From contig CAVVOB010000020.1 of assembly GCA_963749655.1 (NCBI GenBank), positions 64,001 through 128,000 on the forward strand: a stretch of 64,000 bases of DNA. The letters run 5' to 3'. The notes under the pieces were generated by a model that ran no database searches, had not been told where the DNA came from, and saw nothing but the letters and a program-made list of their open reading frames with translations. This document shows, piece after piece, positions 60,453 to 64,000 of the stretch (the stretch's first letter is position 1; each line of letters starts with the position of its first letter). The DNA is from Nitrospirota bacterium (GTDB lineage Bacteria; Nitrospirota; UBA9217). Made by a program: the position numbers and the translations under genes.

Positions 60453-61193
60453 TCAGTGCCCATCAGTGCAATTTACCAGCTTCGACGGAACAGAGAAGAC
60501 CAGATCTACCGCCTTTGCATTTCCGATCGTTTTTTCCAGGTACACAAAGGCATCGGGCAATAATGTCCTTAGTTCACCTTTCCGGTGAATATCGCTTGCC
60601 ACGATATGGCAAAGCCCCGCCTTTATCAGTGCTATCGCCGATGACCTGACCTTTCTTCCATATTTACCTAAAAGGCTGCCGGCGTTGATCTGTAGCATTC
60701 CTCCATTGTTCGCAAAATCCTTCGCCATCCGGTGATCCTTGGAAATTTCGAAACACCTTTCAGGGTGGGCCCATATCGGTGTAATGCCCCGGGCCATAAG
60801 GCTGAATAAGACATCAGAGGTGTACATCGGCATCTCATAAGAAGGTATTTCTATCAGCACGTGGCTTCCCTTGCCGTTTATCGTCAGGCTTGTATCACCC
60901 CGTATAAACTGAGGCAGATCCGGCGCCAGCATAAGCTCGGCGCCGAGGTGAAGAACTATATCAATCCCTTTTTGCGCCGCTTTTTCCTTGAATGCTTCGA
61001 ATGCAGACACCCTTTTTCCCCGATCGGACCCGTAGGGGGAAAAATGCGGCGTTAAAATAATTTCCTTCGTTCCGATCTCTGCAGCCTCTTCCAGGATGTG
61101 CAAGGCCTCGTCGACATCTCTCGCCCCATCATCAATACCGGGCAGAATGTGCGTGTGGATATCAATAAAATTTACCGACTGCAGCGACGCCAT
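60453..61193 (-). CDS. CpsB/CapC-type PHP tyrosine phosphatase
   Basis: IDIHTHILPGIDDG, TPH, AHPER, ASD.H. Confidence 0.93.
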   Translation of the reverse strand: MASLQSVNFIDIHTHILPGIDDGARDVDEALHILEEAAEIGTKEIILTPHFSPYGSDRGKRVSAFEAFKEKAAQKGIDIVLHLGAELMLAPDLPQFIRGDTSLTINGKGSHVLIEIPSYEMPMYTSDVLFSLMARGITPIWAHPERCFEISKDHRMAKDFANNGGMLQINAGSLLGKYGRKVRSSAIALIKAGLCHIVASDIHRKGELRTLLPDAFVYLEKTIGNAKAVDLVFSVPSKLVNCTDGH

Positions 61194-61202
61194 AGCCCGA
61201 GC

Positions 61203-63244
61203 TCATTTGGTGTGATAATAGTAGTAATAGGCGCTTAGGCGCCGGTGCACTCTGTTCAAAACGACCCCGGTCAAGTTGACGCTTGCCCGTTTGAATGAAT
61301 CGATGATGTCGGCGACATTACTCGTGACCGCCCTGCCGCTTTGAGTCAGCAAGATGATTCCGTCCGTCCATCCGCCGAGGACGAGAGCATCGCTGGCAGC
61401 CAGCACGGGAGGCGTGTCTACTACCACCAAGTCGTACATCGTCTCCATTTCCTTAATCAGGTTGTGCATCTTGTTCGATTCGACGAGCTTTCCCGGATCC
61501 GGCGGTATCGGCCCCGTCAGTATCACGTAAAGACCGTCGACGTCCGTCTTGAGCTGAATGTCTTTCAACTCCGCATCGCCGACCATGTAGTTGGTGAGGC
61601 CGAGATCATTCGGCTGCTTGAAATATTTGTTGATGGCGGGCCTTCTCAGGTCCCCGTCGATGAGCAGTACCTTTTTGCCTTCGCTCGCCACCGAGATCGC
61701 GAGATTTGAAGCAAAAAAGCTTTTCCCTCCTGCTCCATAGAGCTTGTTACTGCCATGCTTTTTAACGTCTTGTCCAGTGCGGTGTATTTGATGCTGTTGC
61801 GGATGGTTCTGACCTGCTCCCGGAGAGGGGAGCGGTGGTCCGCCATGCTGATCAGCCGCTGCTCTTTCTTGCTCAGATTGAAAATGCTGCCCAGGAAGAT
61901 CACTCCCTTGAACGCTTTGATGTCTTCGGACGTCTTTATCGTATTGTCCAGGTGCTCGATAATAAGGGCCGACCCTATACCGAGGAATCCCCCGATGAAC
62001 AGGGAAAGTATGAAATTTTTGGAAAGAGAAGGGCTTCTGTGGTCCGTATCGTTTTTGTCGTATGCAACGGCGGGCTCCGCTATATAAATGTTGGCGACCG
62101 CTATTGATTCCGCGATTCCGATCTGATAGAGCGCCTTGGACAGCGAATTATAAATATCCTGATTCACCGACACCGCGAGATTGAGCTGTGCATAGTCGTA
62201 GCTCTTTTGCGGCAGACCCGTTATGGGCAAATCGCTGCTGTCGCTTTTCATCTGGTCAGCTGACCTATCAGGGGCCGCAGCCGGGTCTGCGGGGTTGGAC
62301 GTCATTTTTTCGGTCAGATCGCGCAGGCCCGGATCACTGCTCATTCTCTCGGCGCCGAAGACTTTTTCCATCTTTTGCTGAATCCGAAGCTTCGTTTCCT
62401 CGATCTTGTTTTGCAGGTCTATGACGGTGGGATGATCTTTGCTGTATTTCGTCTTCGTGTCCGCCAACAAGAGGTACAGATCCCTCTGTGATTGTTTGAG
62501 ATCGGATATCTGCTTGATATACTCCGATGTTTCATAATCCAGGTTCACCGTCTTCTTATTCTCTTTGAAGTGCTTCAGCGCCAGCAATGCCTCGTGGTAC
62601 TCGTTCTTGTATCTTTTTAGATTGTTGGCGACATAAACTTTTGCATCTGAGAAATCTTCGCGGATTCTTTTGAGCTCCGCCTCCACAAATGCATCGGCCA
62701 TGGCGTTCGCGATCACGCTCGCTTCTTTAGGATCCGTCGAACGTCCTTCGAAGGTTATGAGGTCAGTGCTTTGAAATTGATCCGTCAGTATGGCAGGACG
62801 GGGGAAAATATAGGCGGAAATGGGCCATTGGACAAAATCGTCGGGTTTGATCGGAACAGGGTCCGTTGATACGTTGACCCCCAGAGCGCCGAAGACCGGT
62901 TTCAGAAAGGGGAGCGCCCTGAAAATTCTGGCCCTCGTTTTTACCCGGGATAGATGCAATTGTGATACTACTTTTTCCGCAATCGGCCGGACCGTAGTGA
63001 GCGCCAGATAGTCGGATCTGTCCGTATCGGAGAGGGACGAAGCCGATCCCGTGCTGGACATCCCCAGACTGGCAAGGACGGTGCCTGATACCCAGGACCT
63101 TCTCAGAAACACCTTGGCGCTCGCATTATGCCAGGGTGTAATGAGGGCTGTCGTCACCATGATCACTAGCAGATAGGCGGAGAAAATCGAAAGAATGATC
63201 ATCTTTCTTCTCCACAAGATTCCCAGTATCGTCTTTAACTCCAC
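61203..63244 (-). CDS. wzc: Wzc-type polysaccharide co-polymerase/tyrosine kinase (homopolymer frameshift near 61722)
   Basis: Wzz N-terminus, Walker A QEGK(S), LIDGDLRRP, DTPP, C-terminal YYYYY cluster. Confidence 0.9.
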
Positions 63245-63311
63245 AATTAACTCCTCGCCAATGATAAGTTATGAAAACCGCTGCGCCGGTAAACTACGGC
63301 ATTCTGCAATG

Positions 63312-64000
63312 CTACTGCGTGGGTATCGTAAGCTGCGTCGACGGCTTTTTACCCGCGATGACGTCAATGGCCTGCGGCGCCAGCACGATGCCGCCTTCAA
63401 CCATAATCACCGGACTGAGAATGGAGCTCAAGTACTGTGCGAAACGGGCGATGTCGGCGATTTTCTTCGTGGGAACATATACGATGTCGTTGCGCTGAAG
63501 GCGCTGGTTATAGGCAAGATTGCCGCCTTTCAGCACCGCTTCCATATCGAGCGACCGGGTCTCGAGTTTCCCTCCGACGTTTCTCAAGAGGAGAACGTTG
63601 CTCGTTTTTGCATCCTGGGTCCAGCCGCCGGCTTTTGCAACGGCATCCAGGACGGTGGCGTCCGTATCGAGGCTGAAAGCGCCGGGGTTTTTGATTTCGC
63701 CGAGAACAAGAAATCTCTGGCTTTGTATTGCCGAGACGGAAATGGTGATCTGGGGATCGACGATATATTTTGCATAACGTTGCCGCAGATCTTCCCGAAG
63801 GGCAGTCATGCTTTTCCCTGCAACCGGAACTTCGCCGATCAGGGGGAAGATCACCGTGCCGGAAGGGTTTATCTTCGTGGAAAGCTTCAAGTCGTCGTTC
63901 CGGTACACCGAAATGTCGATGGAATCTCCCACGCCCAGGATGAATTCAGCAACTTTGGGAGGGGCTGCCTCCGCCCCTTCAGTGTACGGCTCCGCGGGCG
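63312..64000 (-). CDS. wza: Wza-type polysaccharide export protein (5' end outside the window)
   Basis: LGVGD.I.ISVY, G...FPLIG.V..AG, SLBB VLGEI..PG, DAVAKAGG, DIVYVP. Confidence 0.88.
   Translation of the reverse strand, partial: PAEPYTEGAEAAPPKVAEFILGVGDSIDISVYRNDDLKLSTKINPSGTVIFPLIGEVPVAGKSMTALREDLRQRYAKYIVDPQITISVSAIQSQRFLVLGEIKNPGAFSLDTDATVLDAVAKAGGWTQDAKTSNVLLLRNVGGKLETRSLDMEAVLKGGNLAYNQRLQRNDIVYVPTKKIADIARFAQYLSSILSPVIMVEGGIVLAPQAIDVIAGKKPSTQLTIPTQ

Noticed and set aside
60506-60513. ops element (GGCGGTAG on the minus strand)
   Set aside because: It lies inside the cpsB coding sequence and lacks the downstream consensus bases and JUMPstart context.
61700-61740. Wzc apparently split into Wzz and kinase, or phase variation
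   Set aside because: The break falls in a short homopolymer inside Walker A, and adding one base restores EGKSF. The run is too short for a convincing phase-variable tract.

Overview
GC-rich bacterial window from a diderm, probably anaerobic organism (Nitrospirota/Desulfobacterota-like gene content; this is inference, not a taxonomic search). Positions ~1-32300 hold housekeeping and accessory genes: acyl-CoA/acetate metabolism, tpx, csp, pepF, tRNA-Asp and tRNA-Val, ClC channel, omptin, a PAS kinase, a GGDEF-EAL/PilZ pair, a DUF4258/YgiT toxin-antitoxin pair, phzF, a class IV aminotransferase and deoC. Positions ~32300-64000 are a single minus-strand Wza/Wzc/Wzx/Wzy-type surface polysaccharide cluster with unusual tailoring genes: three B12-radical SAM enzymes, a molybdopterin oxidoreductase, a DUF362-ferredoxin, a carbamoyltransferase with SxtJ/SxtK/SGNH partners, two LpxL-like acyltransferases and three paralogous clan GH-A hydrolases. 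Non-coding DNA is rich in small structured elements. These include a GIY-YIG gene between tRNA-Asp and a copy of that tRNA whose anticodon arm is replaced by a palindrome, inverted heptamer arrays (one pair enclosing a four-helix-bundle gene), REP-like palindromes, 9-mer arrays and one attC-like site. Many clustered frameshifts (9.6-15 kb, 40-43 kb, 58 kb, 61.7 kb) look like long-read consensus errors. All family assignments come from motif recognition, not database searches.
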